From Vicinamibacteria bacterium (GTDB taxonomy: Bacteria; Acidobacteriota; Vicinamibacteria; Marinacidobacterales; Marinacidobacteraceae), in NCBI GenBank assembly GCA_963668695.2, contig CAXXLQ010000004.1, positions 32,001-96,000 on the forward strand: a stretch of 64,000 bases of DNA, read 5' to 3'. The first letter of the stretch is position 1. Every line of letters begins with the position of its first letter. A program made the position numbers and the translations under genes. Shown one piece after another: positions 38,234-47,883 of the stretch. The notes under the pieces are model-generated. The model was not told the origin of the DNA and did no database searches. It saw only the letters and a program-made list of their open reading frames with translations.

Positions 38234-40057
38234 TCAGCAGCCGACGCAGGCGTTGTTGTTCTTGGCGCCGTAGCTGGCGAGGAGCGCGATCGTTTCCGGG
38301 AACGGATTGATGCGCTGCACCGGACCGTTGGCGAGGTCGATGGTCGTCTGTCCGGTGCGGGCGACAGCCAGCGGGTCAGCGCCGTGGTCGATCAGGTACT
38401 GCACCATCTCGATGTCGCCGCGCGACGCCGCGTGGTGGATCGTGGAGTAGCCGTTGTAGTCGCGAACGGTCGCATCCGCCCCGCATTCCTCCACCAGGTA
38501 TTTCACCGCCGGCAGCCACGCGTCGGGCGCGTGCCGGTGAGAGTTCGCGGCGAGTCCGAGGCCGTATCCCACTCCGGCCGCTGCATGGAGCGGGTAGACC
38601 GCCGGATCCCCATACTCGGCGGAAGGCAAGCCCGACGGATCCGGGGCTCCCTCTTCGATGAGCATCGGGAGACGACGACGCTCCGGCACCTTGACCGTGG
38701 GGAGGTGGGGATCCGCCCCGTTCGCCACCAGCAGCTTCATGGCCGGGATGTCGAGCGAATAGGCGGCGCGCCAGAAGGCGGTCGCTCCGCTGCGGTCCAC
38801 CCCGAGTTGATCCACGTCGTACACCGTGTACCAAAGCGAATTGTCGATCCGCGCGTTCACGTCGGCACCGGCGTCGATGAGCACCTGCATGAGTTCGAGA
38901 TGCGAGACCTCCTGCTGCAGGTAGTCGGCCGGCTGCGGGTGACGCGCTTTCGGGATCCACTGTGTGTTGATCGTCCCGTAGAGCGGAGTCGCGTTCTGCG
39001 AATCCGCCATCGTCGGGTCGGCGCCCTGCTCGAGCAACCTCATTGCGAGGTCGAAATGACCGTTGATCGTCGCCATGAGCAATGGGGTGGTGCCGCTTCC
39101 CTCGGCGCGCTGGTTCAAGTCAGCGCCGGCGTCGAGCAGCGCCAGCGCGCTGTCGATCTGGCCTTCGCGGGCCGCAAACAGGAGGGCGGTCAACCCGCCG
39201 TGGGTGCCGACGCGTTCCTCGTAGGTCTTGGGCTTCGGCTCGTTCGGATCACGGCTCTCGTCCAGGTCGGGGTTGAGCGGATCCGGGTTGAGCGGATCCG
39301 GGGGAAGACCGGCAGCACCCGTGCTGGTCCCGCTCTTGCCGACGCGGTCGGTCCCGTTGGCGGGGAGCGGACGCTCGGCCTGGATGATGCCGGTCCCTCC
39401 GCGCACCTCGGCAAGACGGGCCTGCCGCTCGCGGCGCTCTTCCCGGTCGAACCGCGAACGCTCGACGACGTCCAGGACATCCGCGGTGGCGGAGGCGTCC
39501 GCGCCGGCGTCCAGCAGGGCTTTGATCGCTTCGACGCGGCCCCGGACCGCTGCGAACATGAGCGGAGTGAGGTCCCACGCGGTTTCCCGCGCATCCACGG
39601 GAGCTCCGTGGTCGAGAAGTGAAACCACCGTTTCAGGGACGCCGGCGGTTGCCGCCAGGTGAAGCGGTTGGGCGCCGGTAGAGGTCATGGCGTCGGCAGG
39701 GGCGCCGGCGTTGAGCAGAGCTTCGGCGACTCCGGCCTTACCGGCCGCCGCCGCCACGTGCAGCGGCATGTGGCTCCCGAGACGCGTGGTGGCGCGGACG
39801 TCCGCACCCGCCGCGATCAAGACCTCCGCAACCTCGCGGTTCCCCGTCTTCGCCGCCCAGTGCAGCGCCGTGAACCCGTCGCCCTGCGCCGCGTTCACGT
39901 CCGCGCCCGAACGCAGCTCCGCCTTCAGCGTCTCCAGGTCACCGCGTTTCGCGGCGTCCAGCACTGGCGACAGCAGCGCCGCATACCCGGCTCCGACCAG
40001 CACTCCCAGCACTGCGAGCAGTGCCGCCAGGCCGATCCATCGCTTTTTGATCTTCAT
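38234..40057 (-). CDS. membrane-anchored/exported ankyrin repeat protein, module copy 2
   Basis: Repeats GFTALHWAA, TPLMFAA, TALLFAAREG, TPLLMA; N-terminal hydrophobic helix; ends in CVGC. Confidence 0.9.
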   Translation of the reverse strand: MKIKKRWIGLAALLAVLGVLVGAGYAALLSPVLDAAKRGDLETLKAELRSGADVNAAQGDGFTALHWAAKTGNREVAEVLIAAGADVRATTRLGSHMPLHVAAAAGKAGVAEALLNAGAPADAMTSTGAQPLHLAATAGVPETVVSLLDHGAPVDARETAWDLTPLMFAAVRGRVEAIKALLDAGADASATADVLDVVERSRFDREERRERQARLAEVRGGTGIIQAERPLPANGTDRVGKSGTSTGAAGLPPDPLNPDPLNPDLDESRDPNEPKPKTYEERVGTHGGLTALLFAAREGQIDSALALLDAGADLNQRAEGSGTTPLLMATINGHFDLAMRLLEQGADPTMADSQNATPLYGTINTQWIPKARHPQPADYLQQEVSHLELMQVLIDAGADVNARIDNSLWYTVYDVDQLGVDRSGATAFWRAAYSLDIPAMKLLVANGADPHLPTVKVPERRRLPMLIEEGAPDPSGLPSAEYGDPAVYPLHAAAGVGYGLGLAANSHRHAPDAWLPAVKYLVEECGADATVRDYNGYSTIHHAASRGDIEMVQYLIDHGADPLAVARTGQTTIDLANGPVQRINPFPETIALLASYGAKNNNACVGC

Positions 40058-40107
40058 GCCCCGTCCTTCCCTCCGGTCAGAGTCCTCGTTGCGGATTCCG
40101 GTCCTTG

Positions 40108-41496
40108 CTACACCGCCTGCGAAAGCGAGAACGCGCCCGTGCTGTTCCCGAAGGTTTCCAGATCATCCATCCCCAGCTTGTGCGCCAACGTCAGCATCAC
40201 GTTCGCCAGCGGGGTCCCGGGCTCCGCACGCAGGTGCAGGTTGTGCTCCAGCGCTCCGTTCGCGCCTCCCGCCACAAAGAACGGAACACGCTTGTGGTTG
40301 TGGATGTTCGGATCCCCCATCGGAGACCCATACAGGATCATCGTCTTGTCCAGCAGCGTCCGATCCTCTTCCTGAATGCTCCGCAGCTTCTCCATGAAAT
40401 ACGGAACCAGGCTCACGTGATACCGGTTGATCCGGCCCAGAACCTCAACCCGCTCGGGATCGTTCCCGTGGTGCGAGGCCGGATGGAACGCCATCGATTC
40501 GCCGCTGTCCGGATACACCCGGCTCGACGCGTCCCGGCCCAGCTTCAAGCTGAACACCCGCGTCATGTCCGACTGGAAGGCCAGCGCCTGCAGGTCGAAC
40601 ATGATCTTCACATGCTCGTCGAACGAGTCCGGAACCCCTGACGGAGCGTCCGGAAGCTCACGAAGCTCCCCGCTCGTGTTCCGTTCCACGATCCGCTCGA
40701 TCCGACGCTCCATCTCCCGGACGTCCGTCAGGTACCGGTCCATCCGGCGCACATCCTGCGGATCCAGCGCTCCCTTCAGCCGCTGCACCTCCGAACCGAT
40801 GAAGTCCAGAACGCTCCGGCGCGCGTTCTGCCGCGCCACCCGGCCCTCCGGGGTTCCCCCCGCGCCGAACAACTGGTCGAACACGATCCGGGGATCCCGC
40901 GTCATCGGAAGCGGCTCCGTCGGCGACGCCCAACTGATGGTGTCGGTGTAGACGCAGGCATACCCGTAGGCGCAACCACCCGCCTGGTCCACCGTCTCGA
41001 TGCAGAGCTGCATCGAGGGAATCGGTGTGTCCTGGCCGAAACGGTTCGCATACATCTGATCCAGCGAGGTCCCGGCAAAGACATCCGAACTCTCGGTCTG
41101 CTTGGGATACGACTGGGTCAGGAACGCCGCGCTCGAGCGGAAGTGGTCTCCACCGATCTCACGCGCCGTGCGCGCCTCCGCGGGCTCCACATCGCAATCG
41201 CTCACGATCGTGACGTAGTCCCGGACGGACTCCAGGGAGCTGAGCGCACCCTTCGACAGATCGAAGTCCGCGCCCTCTTTCTCCGGAGTCCACAGATGCT
41301 GCGATCGGCCGTACTTGTTGCTGCCCGCCGACCCGTGAACGATCTCGATCGCCACGAGCCGCGTCGGATCCTCTGCGGTCGGCTTCGCGATCACGCTCGC
41401 CGGAACCATCGCGTCCAGGAACGGCAACGCGACCGTTGCTCCCGCTCCCCGAAGGAACGTCCGCCGTGGGAGGCTCTTGCCGGTCAGATAGTTCAT
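40108..41496 (-). CDS. DUF1552 (HXXSHH-type) Tat-exported protein, module copy 2
   Basis: RRTFLRGAGATVALPFLDAM, SLDQ, FDQLFG, HPASHH, GDPNIHNH. Confidence 0.88.
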   Translation of the reverse strand: MNYLTGKSLPRRTFLRGAGATVALPFLDAMVPASVIAKPTAEDPTRLVAIEIVHGSAGSNKYGRSQHLWTPEKEGADFDLSKGALSSLESVRDYVTIVSDCDVEPAEARTAREIGGDHFRSSAAFLTQSYPKQTESSDVFAGTSLDQMYANRFGQDTPIPSMQLCIETVDQAGGCAYGYACVYTDTISWASPTEPLPMTRDPRIVFDQLFGAGGTPEGRVARQNARRSVLDFIGSEVQRLKGALDPQDVRRMDRYLTDVREMERRIERIVERNTSGELRELPDAPSGVPDSFDEHVKIMFDLQALAFQSDMTRVFSLKLGRDASSRVYPDSGESMAFHPASHHGNDPERVEVLGRINRYHVSLVPYFMEKLRSIQEEDRTLLDKTMILYGSPMGDPNIHNHKRVPFFVAGGANGALEHNLHLRAEPGTPLANVMLTLAHKLGMDDLETFGNSTGAFSLSQAV

Positions 41497-41788
41497 GGTG
41501 TTCTCCTGTCAGGGCGCCCCGCCGTCCCGGTGTTCCGGTGGGGCTGGAGTCGCTGTGTAGAGAGCCCGAGATCCTCGGGTGACTTGGATGATCCGGCCCA
41601 GGGTGGAACCGGCTGGGGACCCGCCGTTGCAGGGATACGCCCCCCACAAAGTACGGGATCGATGGGCTCCCATAACCGGACTAGGATAGGAAATCAACCG
41701 TCCCGGCGCAAGGGGCATCCGGCCCGGTCGAGAACTGCTGCGAGAGCCGACTCCGGGAACCGGAGAGCGCCCCCCCAAGAGGAGGAGA

Positions 41789-44341
41789 TCAGGGCTCGCC
41801 CGCGACCGTGGTTTCGATCTCTGCGGGGACCCCGCCCTTCATCTGGAAGGCCGGGCTCGTCGCCACCCCCAGGATGAACGCTGACATCCGGTAGTCCGAA
41901 GCCTCCGCCTGCCGGACGATCTCCCGGATCAGCGGCTGATCGAAATACTCCACCCGCCGGCCCAGCGCGTACGCCATCAGGTTCTCCGTGAAGGTTCGAA
42001 GCAGCGGCGTCGGACGCTTCAGCAGCGCCTCCCGCAGGTCCCCGATGTTCTGGATCGGGGTCCCGTCGTAGAACTCACCCGAAGCGTCAATCGGCTGGCC
42101 CGCGTCCTTCACCCGCACTCTGCCCGTCACGTCGAACTGCTCCAGCGCCAACCCGATCGGGTCCATCATCCGGTGGCACGAACGGCACGCCGGGTTGTCC
42201 CGGTGGATCTCCAGCCGTTCACGCGCGGTCAACTCCCGGCCGTTCTCCGACGCTGCCGTCGCGTCCAGATCCGGAACGTCCGGCGGCGGTGGCGGCGGCG
42301 GACTGCCCAGCAGAACCTCCATCACCCACTTCCCACGAAGCACCGCCGACGTCCGATACGGATGGGACGTCAGCGTCAGCATGCTCCCGTGGGCGAAGAT
42401 CCCACGCCGGTTCGGGTCCTGATACGACACCATCCGGTGCTCCGGACCGGCAATCCCCTCCATCCCGTAGTGCTTCGCGAGGCGCTCGTTCACGAACGTG
42501 TAGTCCGCGGTGAACAGGTCGAAAACGCTCCTGTCCTCCGTCACCAGGTGCTGGAAGAACCGCTCCGTCTCCTCCACCATCGCCGTCTTCAACTGCTGGT
42601 GGAAGTCCGGATACAACCGAACGTTCGGGTTGATCTTCTCCAGATCCTGCAGCCGGAACCACTGATACGCGAACCGCTTCGCCAGCGCTTCCGAGCGCGG
42701 GTCCGCGAGCATCCGACGAACCTGGGTCTCGAACGCCGCAGGATCCGACAACTGCCCCGCCTCGGCCGCATCGAGCAGCTCGTAGTCGGGGATCGTCCCC
42801 CACAGGAAGAACGACAGGCGCGACGCCAGGTCGGTATCCGTCAGCCGGTACCCGAACTCCGCCTCCCGCGGGTCCAGCGGCTCCTCGATCCGGAACACGA
42901 AGTTCGGGCTCGCGAGGATGCCCTCCACTCCCATCCGGATCCCTTCTTCGAAGCCGACCGTCTCGGCCCCCACGTCGTAGAGCAACATCAGCGCCGCCCG
43001 ACTTTCGTCGTCGAGACTCCGGCGATAGGCCAGCCGGCCCAACCGCGAAAGGATCTCCTCGGCGCACGGCCGTGCTTCGTCCGCTGCCAGCGGGCGGCAG
43101 GCGAAGATCGCCTTTCGGCTCGGCGTCTCCGACACCCCCGTGGTGTCGAACGGTCCCCGAACCAGAATGTCCCGCAGATGGGGAAGGCTGTGGATCCCGT
43201 AGGTGAGCGCGATGTTGGTGCTCGCCAGCGACCATTCGTGCGGCGAGATCAGATCCAGCGTCGCGCCGTCAAACTGGCGCAGGAACGCAGCGGCCACCGT
43301 CCTGGGACCGGCCTTGATGAAGAGGGGCTCCGTGATCATCGTCGCCCCGTTGGGATCCGAGGTGTGCATCCACGGGTCGATGGAGAGGAGCGCGACCCGC
43401 TCTCCGTCGATCGAGATCTCGAGCTGTTCCGGGTTCTCCTCGGAGTTCAACGCTCCGGCGGCGGTGCCGACGACAGGGCCGCACACTTCGTGGTGCAGCG
43501 AAACGCGGAAGACGTAGTTCCCGTCCGCGGCAAAGGTGTGATCCACTGCGATCCCGCCGCGGGTGCCGTACGGGGCTCCCTCGACCTGAACCCGCTGCGA
43601 AGCCCAACGGGAAACGAAGTAACTGGTCTCGGCCGGTGCGGCGTCGGGGTCCCCTACGGCCAACCGGCTGATCTCGCCCGCCGCGCGCAGATAGGAGTCC
43701 ATGAGCGTGGCCGACAGCAACTGGACATCCGCGATGTTGTCGAAGTTCGCGCTGATCGTGTCCTGCGGCAGATACTCGGCGGCATCCACGGCGAGCGCCA
43801 GGAGATCCCGGATGGCCGCCGTGTACTCCGCCCGGTTGAGCCGCTGGAAAGAACGGCGTCCCGGATTCGGTTTCGCCTCCGCGCTCGCATCAAGCTGGGT
43901 TTCGAGCGACCCGGCGACCTCGGCGAGCACCTCCTCTCCGGGGCGCCGGGCCCCCGGCGGCGGCATCATGCCGAGCCGCAGCTTCGAGACCATCTTTTCC
44001 GCGAGGGCGGCATCTTCCGGCGCGTTCCCGGCGTCGAAACCGGAGAGCGTCATGTTCCCGGTCTTCATGCGGTCGTTGTGGCAGACCATGCAGTAGGTCC
44101 GCAGCATCCGGTTGTGGGCGGCCGCGTTTTCGGGGGACACCGCCACAACGGCGCGCTCCGTCGCTGACGGCTCCCAGGACCGAACGGTGGCGACCGTCGG
44201 CCCGGAAGCGGTGGGCTCCGATCCTTCCAGCCGGGCCAGCCGGGCTTCAAGCCCGGGCGCCGCCGCCGCGACGGAAGACGCGAGCAGGCCGGCGAAGAGA
44301 ACCGGAATCAGCGAAACCGCTTCCAGCCTGGATGTCCCCAT
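41789..44341 (-). CDS. DUF1587/1595/1592/1588/1585 protein with two CxxCH heme motifs, module copy 2
   Basis: CMVCH, MMPP, RLNRAEY, LASRLSFFLW, RGKWV, PPPPPP, CRSCH...DPIG, YALGR. Confidence 0.88.
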   Translation of the reverse strand: MGTSRLEAVSLIPVLFAGLLASSVAAAAPGLEARLARLEGSEPTASGPTVATVRSWEPSATERAVVAVSPENAAAHNRMLRTYCMVCHNDRMKTGNMTLSGFDAGNAPEDAALAEKMVSKLRLGMMPPPGARRPGEEVLAEVAGSLETQLDASAEAKPNPGRRSFQRLNRAEYTAAIRDLLALAVDAAEYLPQDTISANFDNIADVQLLSATLMDSYLRAAGEISRLAVGDPDAAPAETSYFVSRWASQRVQVEGAPYGTRGGIAVDHTFAADGNYVFRVSLHHEVCGPVVGTAAGALNSEENPEQLEISIDGERVALLSIDPWMHTSDPNGATMITEPLFIKAGPRTVAAAFLRQFDGATLDLISPHEWSLASTNIALTYGIHSLPHLRDILVRGPFDTTGVSETPSRKAIFACRPLAADEARPCAEEILSRLGRLAYRRSLDDESRAALMLLYDVGAETVGFEEGIRMGVEGILASPNFVFRIEEPLDPREAEFGYRLTDTDLASRLSFFLWGTIPDYELLDAAEAGQLSDPAAFETQVRRMLADPRSEALAKRFAYQWFRLQDLEKINPNVRLYPDFHQQLKTAMVEETERFFQHLVTEDRSVFDLFTADYTFVNERLAKHYGMEGIAGPEHRMVSYQDPNRRGIFAHGSMLTLTSHPYRTSAVLRGKWVMEVLLGSPPPPPPPDVPDLDATAASENGRELTARERLEIHRDNPACRSCHRMMDPIGLALEQFDVTGRVRVKDAGQPIDASGEFYDGTPIQNIGDLREALLKRPTPLLRTFTENLMAYALGRRVEYFDQPLIREIVRQAEASDYRMSAFILGVATSPAFQMKGGVPAEIETTVAGEP

Positions 44342-44350
44342 CGTGGCGCC

Positions 44351-46360
44351 TCAGCAACCCACGCAGCGGTTGTTGTTTTTCGCCCCGTAGGTCTCGAGGA
44401 GGGCGATGGTCTCCGGGAAGGGGCTGATCCGCTGCACCGGCCCGTTCGCCAGGTCCACCGTGGTCTGCCCGGTCCGGGCGATTGCCAGCGGGTCGGCGCC
44501 CTTCGAGATCAGGTATTCGATCATCTCGTTGTCGCCCCGCGAGGCCGCGTGGTGGATCACGCTGTAGCCGTTGTGGTCACGGGCGTCGGGATCGGCGCCC
44601 AGCTCTTCCACGAGGTACTTCACGGAGGGCATCCAGGCGTCGGGGGCGTGGCGATGCGAGTTCGCGGCCAGCCCGAGCCCGTACCCGACGCCGGCAGCGG
44701 CGTGTACGGGATGGACCCCGGGGCCCCCGTGGAGAACCTCAGGGAGGCCCGAGGGATCTTCCTCAGGCTCTTCCGCCGTCAGGTCGGTCAGCCCCCGGAG
44801 GGTCCGCTCGGGAACCTTGATGGTCGGGATCCCGGGGTCCGCGCCGCGCGCGACCAGCATCTTCATCGCGGGGATGTCGAGCGCGTAGGCCGCGCGCCAG
44901 AAGGCGGTGGCCCCGGCCCGGTTCACCCCGAGCTGGTCGGTGTTGTAGGTGCTGTACCACTGCTTCCGCTCGAGCCGGGAGTTCACGTCCGCCCCGGCAT
45001 CGATGAGCGCCTCCATCAACTCGATGTGCGAGGTCTGCTGGCGGAGGTGATCCGCGGGCTGGGGATGGAAGGGTTGCGAAATCCAGCGGGCGTTGATCGC
45101 GCCATACAGCGGAGCGCCGCCGGAGACGTTCTTCAGGTTCGGGTCCGCACCGCGTTTGAGCAGTTCCATTCCGATGTCGTAGTGGCCGTTGATCGCCGCC
45201 ATCAGGAGAGGTGTGGTGCGGTGGCCCTCGGCCCGCTGGTTGATGTCGGCCCCACCGTCCATGAGGGCGACGGCGGCTTCCAGATGGCCGTCACGAGCGG
45301 CGAGCAGCAGAGCCGTCAGGCCGCCGTGCGTCCCGACCAGTTCGGCGTAGCGGAGCGGCTGGAGGCGGTTCCGGTCCCGCTTCCTGCTCGCTCTCCGCTT
45401 CTTTGCCTCTTCGATGGCCTTGGCCCTGGCGAGTTCGTCCTCGGGATGACCGTGCGCCTCGGCGTGTTCGTCCTTCTCCGCCTTCAGGTCCGGGGCAAGG
45501 TCCTCGGCAAGGTCCGGGGAACCGGATTTCCCGGTGCCGGCGTCGGCTCCCGTGGAAGCGGTCGCGGGGGCCTCCTCGATGCGTCCCTTCTCGTTCGCCG
45601 CCTTGGCGGCCGCGGCCCGCGCCCGTCGCTGGGCCTCCCGGGCCTTCTTGTCGCGTTCCCGCTCGTCGTAGATCACGCCCGCTGCGCCCCGTCCCTGGTC
45701 GATCCGCGCCTGGCGAGCCCGACGCGCGATGAGATCCCGCTCGGCGCGGGCCGCGACGTCCAGTACCGAAGCGGTGATCGAGGGATCGGCGCCCGCTTCC
45801 AGAAGCGTCGCGACGGCCGCGGTGCGGCCCACGGCGGCCGCGAACATGAGCGGGGTCTGTCCCCACTGCGGCTCGACGGCGTCGAGGTTGGCGCCATGCT
45901 TCCCCAGCACCGTGAGGGTCGGTGTGCTGCCGGAAGCCGCGGCGAAGTGGATCGCCCGGGCTCCGGTTCCGGTCGGCTCGGCGATCGGGGCGCCGGCCTC
46001 GAGGAGGACTTCGGCAACTCCCGCCTGGCCGGCCGCCGCCGCCACGTGCAGCGGCATGTGGCTCCCGAGGCGCGTGGTGGCGCTGATGTCCGCACCCGCC
46101 GCGATCAAGACCTCCGCAACCTCGCGGTTCCCCGTCTTCGCCGCCCAGTGCAGCGCCGTGAACCCGTCGCCCTGCGCCGCGTTCACGTCCGCGCCCGAGC
46201 GCAGCTCCGCCTTCAGCGTCTCCAGGTCACCGCGTTTCGCGGCGTCCAGCACCGGCGCGAGCAGCGCCGCATACCCGGCTCCGACCAGCACTCCCAGCAC
46301 TGCGAGCAGTGCCGCCAGGCCGATCCATCGCTTTTTGATCTTCCGCTTTCCAATCTTCAT
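44351..46360 (-). CDS. membrane-anchored/exported ankyrin repeat protein, module copy 1
   Basis: Paralog of 38234..40057 with a longer charged insert; ends in CVGC. Confidence 0.9.
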   Translation of the reverse strand: MKIGKRKIKKRWIGLAALLAVLGVLVGAGYAALLAPVLDAAKRGDLETLKAELRSGADVNAAQGDGFTALHWAAKTGNREVAEVLIAAGADISATTRLGSHMPLHVAAAAGQAGVAEVLLEAGAPIAEPTGTGARAIHFAAASGSTPTLTVLGKHGANLDAVEPQWGQTPLMFAAAVGRTAAVATLLEAGADPSITASVLDVAARAERDLIARRARQARIDQGRGAAGVIYDERERDKKAREAQRRARAAAAKAANEKGRIEEAPATASTGADAGTGKSGSPDLAEDLAPDLKAEKDEHAEAHGHPEDELARAKAIEEAKKRRASRKRDRNRLQPLRYAELVGTHGGLTALLLAARDGHLEAAVALMDGGADINQRAEGHRTTPLLMAAINGHYDIGMELLKRGADPNLKNVSGGAPLYGAINARWISQPFHPQPADHLRQQTSHIELMEALIDAGADVNSRLERKQWYSTYNTDQLGVNRAGATAFWRAAYALDIPAMKMLVARGADPGIPTIKVPERTLRGLTDLTAEEPEEDPSGLPEVLHGGPGVHPVHAAAGVGYGLGLAANSHRHAPDAWMPSVKYLVEELGADPDARDHNGYSVIHHAASRGDNEMIEYLISKGADPLAIARTGQTTVDLANGPVQRISPFPETIALLETYGAKNNNRCVGC

Positions 46361-46411
46361 GCCGCGTCCCTCTCTTGGGTCAAAGTCCCTGATGTGGATC
46401 CCGCTCCCGGG

Positions 46412-47800
46412 TTACACCGCCTGCGAGAGCGAGAACGCACCCGTGCTGTTCCCGAAGCTCTCCAGATCATCCATCCCCAGCTTGTGCAGCAACGTGAGCA
46501 TCACGTTCGCCAGCGGGGTCCCGGGTTCCGCACGCAGGTGCAGGTTGTTCTCCAGCGCTCCGTTCGCGCCTCCCGCTACAAAGAACGGAACGCGCTTGTG
46601 GTTGTGGATGTTCGGATCTCCCATCGGAGACCCATACAGGATCATCGTCTTGTCCAGCAGCGTCCGATCCTCTTCCTGGATGCTCCGCAGCTTCTCCATG
46701 AAATACGGAATCAGGCTCACGTGATACCGGTTGATCCGGCTCAGGAGTTCCACCCGCTCGTCGTCATTCCCGTGGTGTGAGGCCGGATGGAACGCCGTCG
46801 ATTCGCCGCTGTCCGGAAACACCCGGCTCGACGCGTCCCGGCCCAGCTTGAGGCTGAACACCCGCGTCATGTCCGACTGGAACGCCAGCGCCTGCAGCTC
46901 GAACATGATCTTCACGTGCTCGTCGAACGAGTCCGGAACCCCTGACGGAGCGTTCGGAAGCTCACGAAGCTCCCCGCTCGTGTTCCGTTCCACGATCCGC
47001 TCGATCCGACGCTCCATCTCCCGGACGTCCGTCAGGTACCGGTCCATCCGGCGCAAATCCTGCGGATCCAGCGCTTCTTGCAGGGTCCGCACCTCTTCAC
47101 CGATGAAGTCCAGAACGCTCCGGCGAGCCTTCTGCCGCGCCACCCGGCCCTCCGGGGTTCCCCCCGCGCCGAACAACTGGTCGAACACGATTCGGGGATC
47201 CCGTGTCATCGGAAGCGGCTCCGTCGGCGACCCCCAACTGATGGTGTCGGTGTACGCGCAGGCATACCCGTAAGCGCAACCACCCGCCTGGTCCACCGTC
47301 TCGATGCAGAGCTGCATCGAAGGAATCGGCGTGTCCTGGCCGAAACGGTTCGCATACATCTGATCCAGCGAGGTCCCGGCAAAGACATCGGACCCTTCGG
47401 TCTGCCTTGGATGGGACTGGGTCAGGAACGTCGAGCTCGAGCGGAAGTGGTCCCCGCCGATCTCCCGCGCCGTCTCGGCCTCCGCGGGCTCCACGTCACA
47501 GTCGCTCACGACCGTGACGTAGTCCCGGACCGGCTCCAGGGAGCTGAGCGCACCCTTCGACAGATCGAAGTCCGCGCCCTCTTTCTCCGGAGACCACAGG
47601 TGCTGCTCACGACCGTACTTGTTGCTGCCCGCCGCCCCGTGGACGATCTCCACCGCCACGAGCCGCGTCGGATCCTCCGCCGTCGGCTTCGCGATCACGC
47701 TCGCCGGAACCATCGCGTCCAAAAACGGCAACGCGACCGTGGCCCCCGCTCCCCGCAGGAACGTACGGCGTGGAAGGCTCTTGCCGGTCAGGTAGTTCAT
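46412..47800 (-). CDS. DUF1552 (HXXSHH-type) Tat-exported protein, module copy 1
   Basis: Same length (462 aa) and motifs as 40108..41496. Confidence 0.88.
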   Translation of the reverse strand: MNYLTGKSLPRRTFLRGAGATVALPFLDAMVPASVIAKPTAEDPTRLVAVEIVHGAAGSNKYGREQHLWSPEKEGADFDLSKGALSSLEPVRDYVTVVSDCDVEPAEAETAREIGGDHFRSSSTFLTQSHPRQTEGSDVFAGTSLDQMYANRFGQDTPIPSMQLCIETVDQAGGCAYGYACAYTDTISWGSPTEPLPMTRDPRIVFDQLFGAGGTPEGRVARQKARRSVLDFIGEEVRTLQEALDPQDLRRMDRYLTDVREMERRIERIVERNTSGELRELPNAPSGVPDSFDEHVKIMFELQALAFQSDMTRVFSLKLGRDASSRVFPDSGESTAFHPASHHGNDDERVELLSRINRYHVSLIPYFMEKLRSIQEEDRTLLDKTMILYGSPMGDPNIHNHKRVPFFVAGGANGALENNLHLRAEPGTPLANVMLTLLHKLGMDDLESFGNSTGAFSLSQAV

Positions 47801-47883
47801 CGCTGTCTCCTTGTGGTCAGACTGACTTTCTCTCTTGGCTTTCTCGTTTTGACTCTTCTCGGTTTGATTCTCTGTAGGGCTTC

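Noticed and set aside
38234-46360. Ankyrin proteins as eukaryote-like symbiosis effectors
   Set aside because: Their fixed position in a DUF1592/DUF1552 operon and shared non-repeat motifs favour a role within that module; no secretion system is seen in the window
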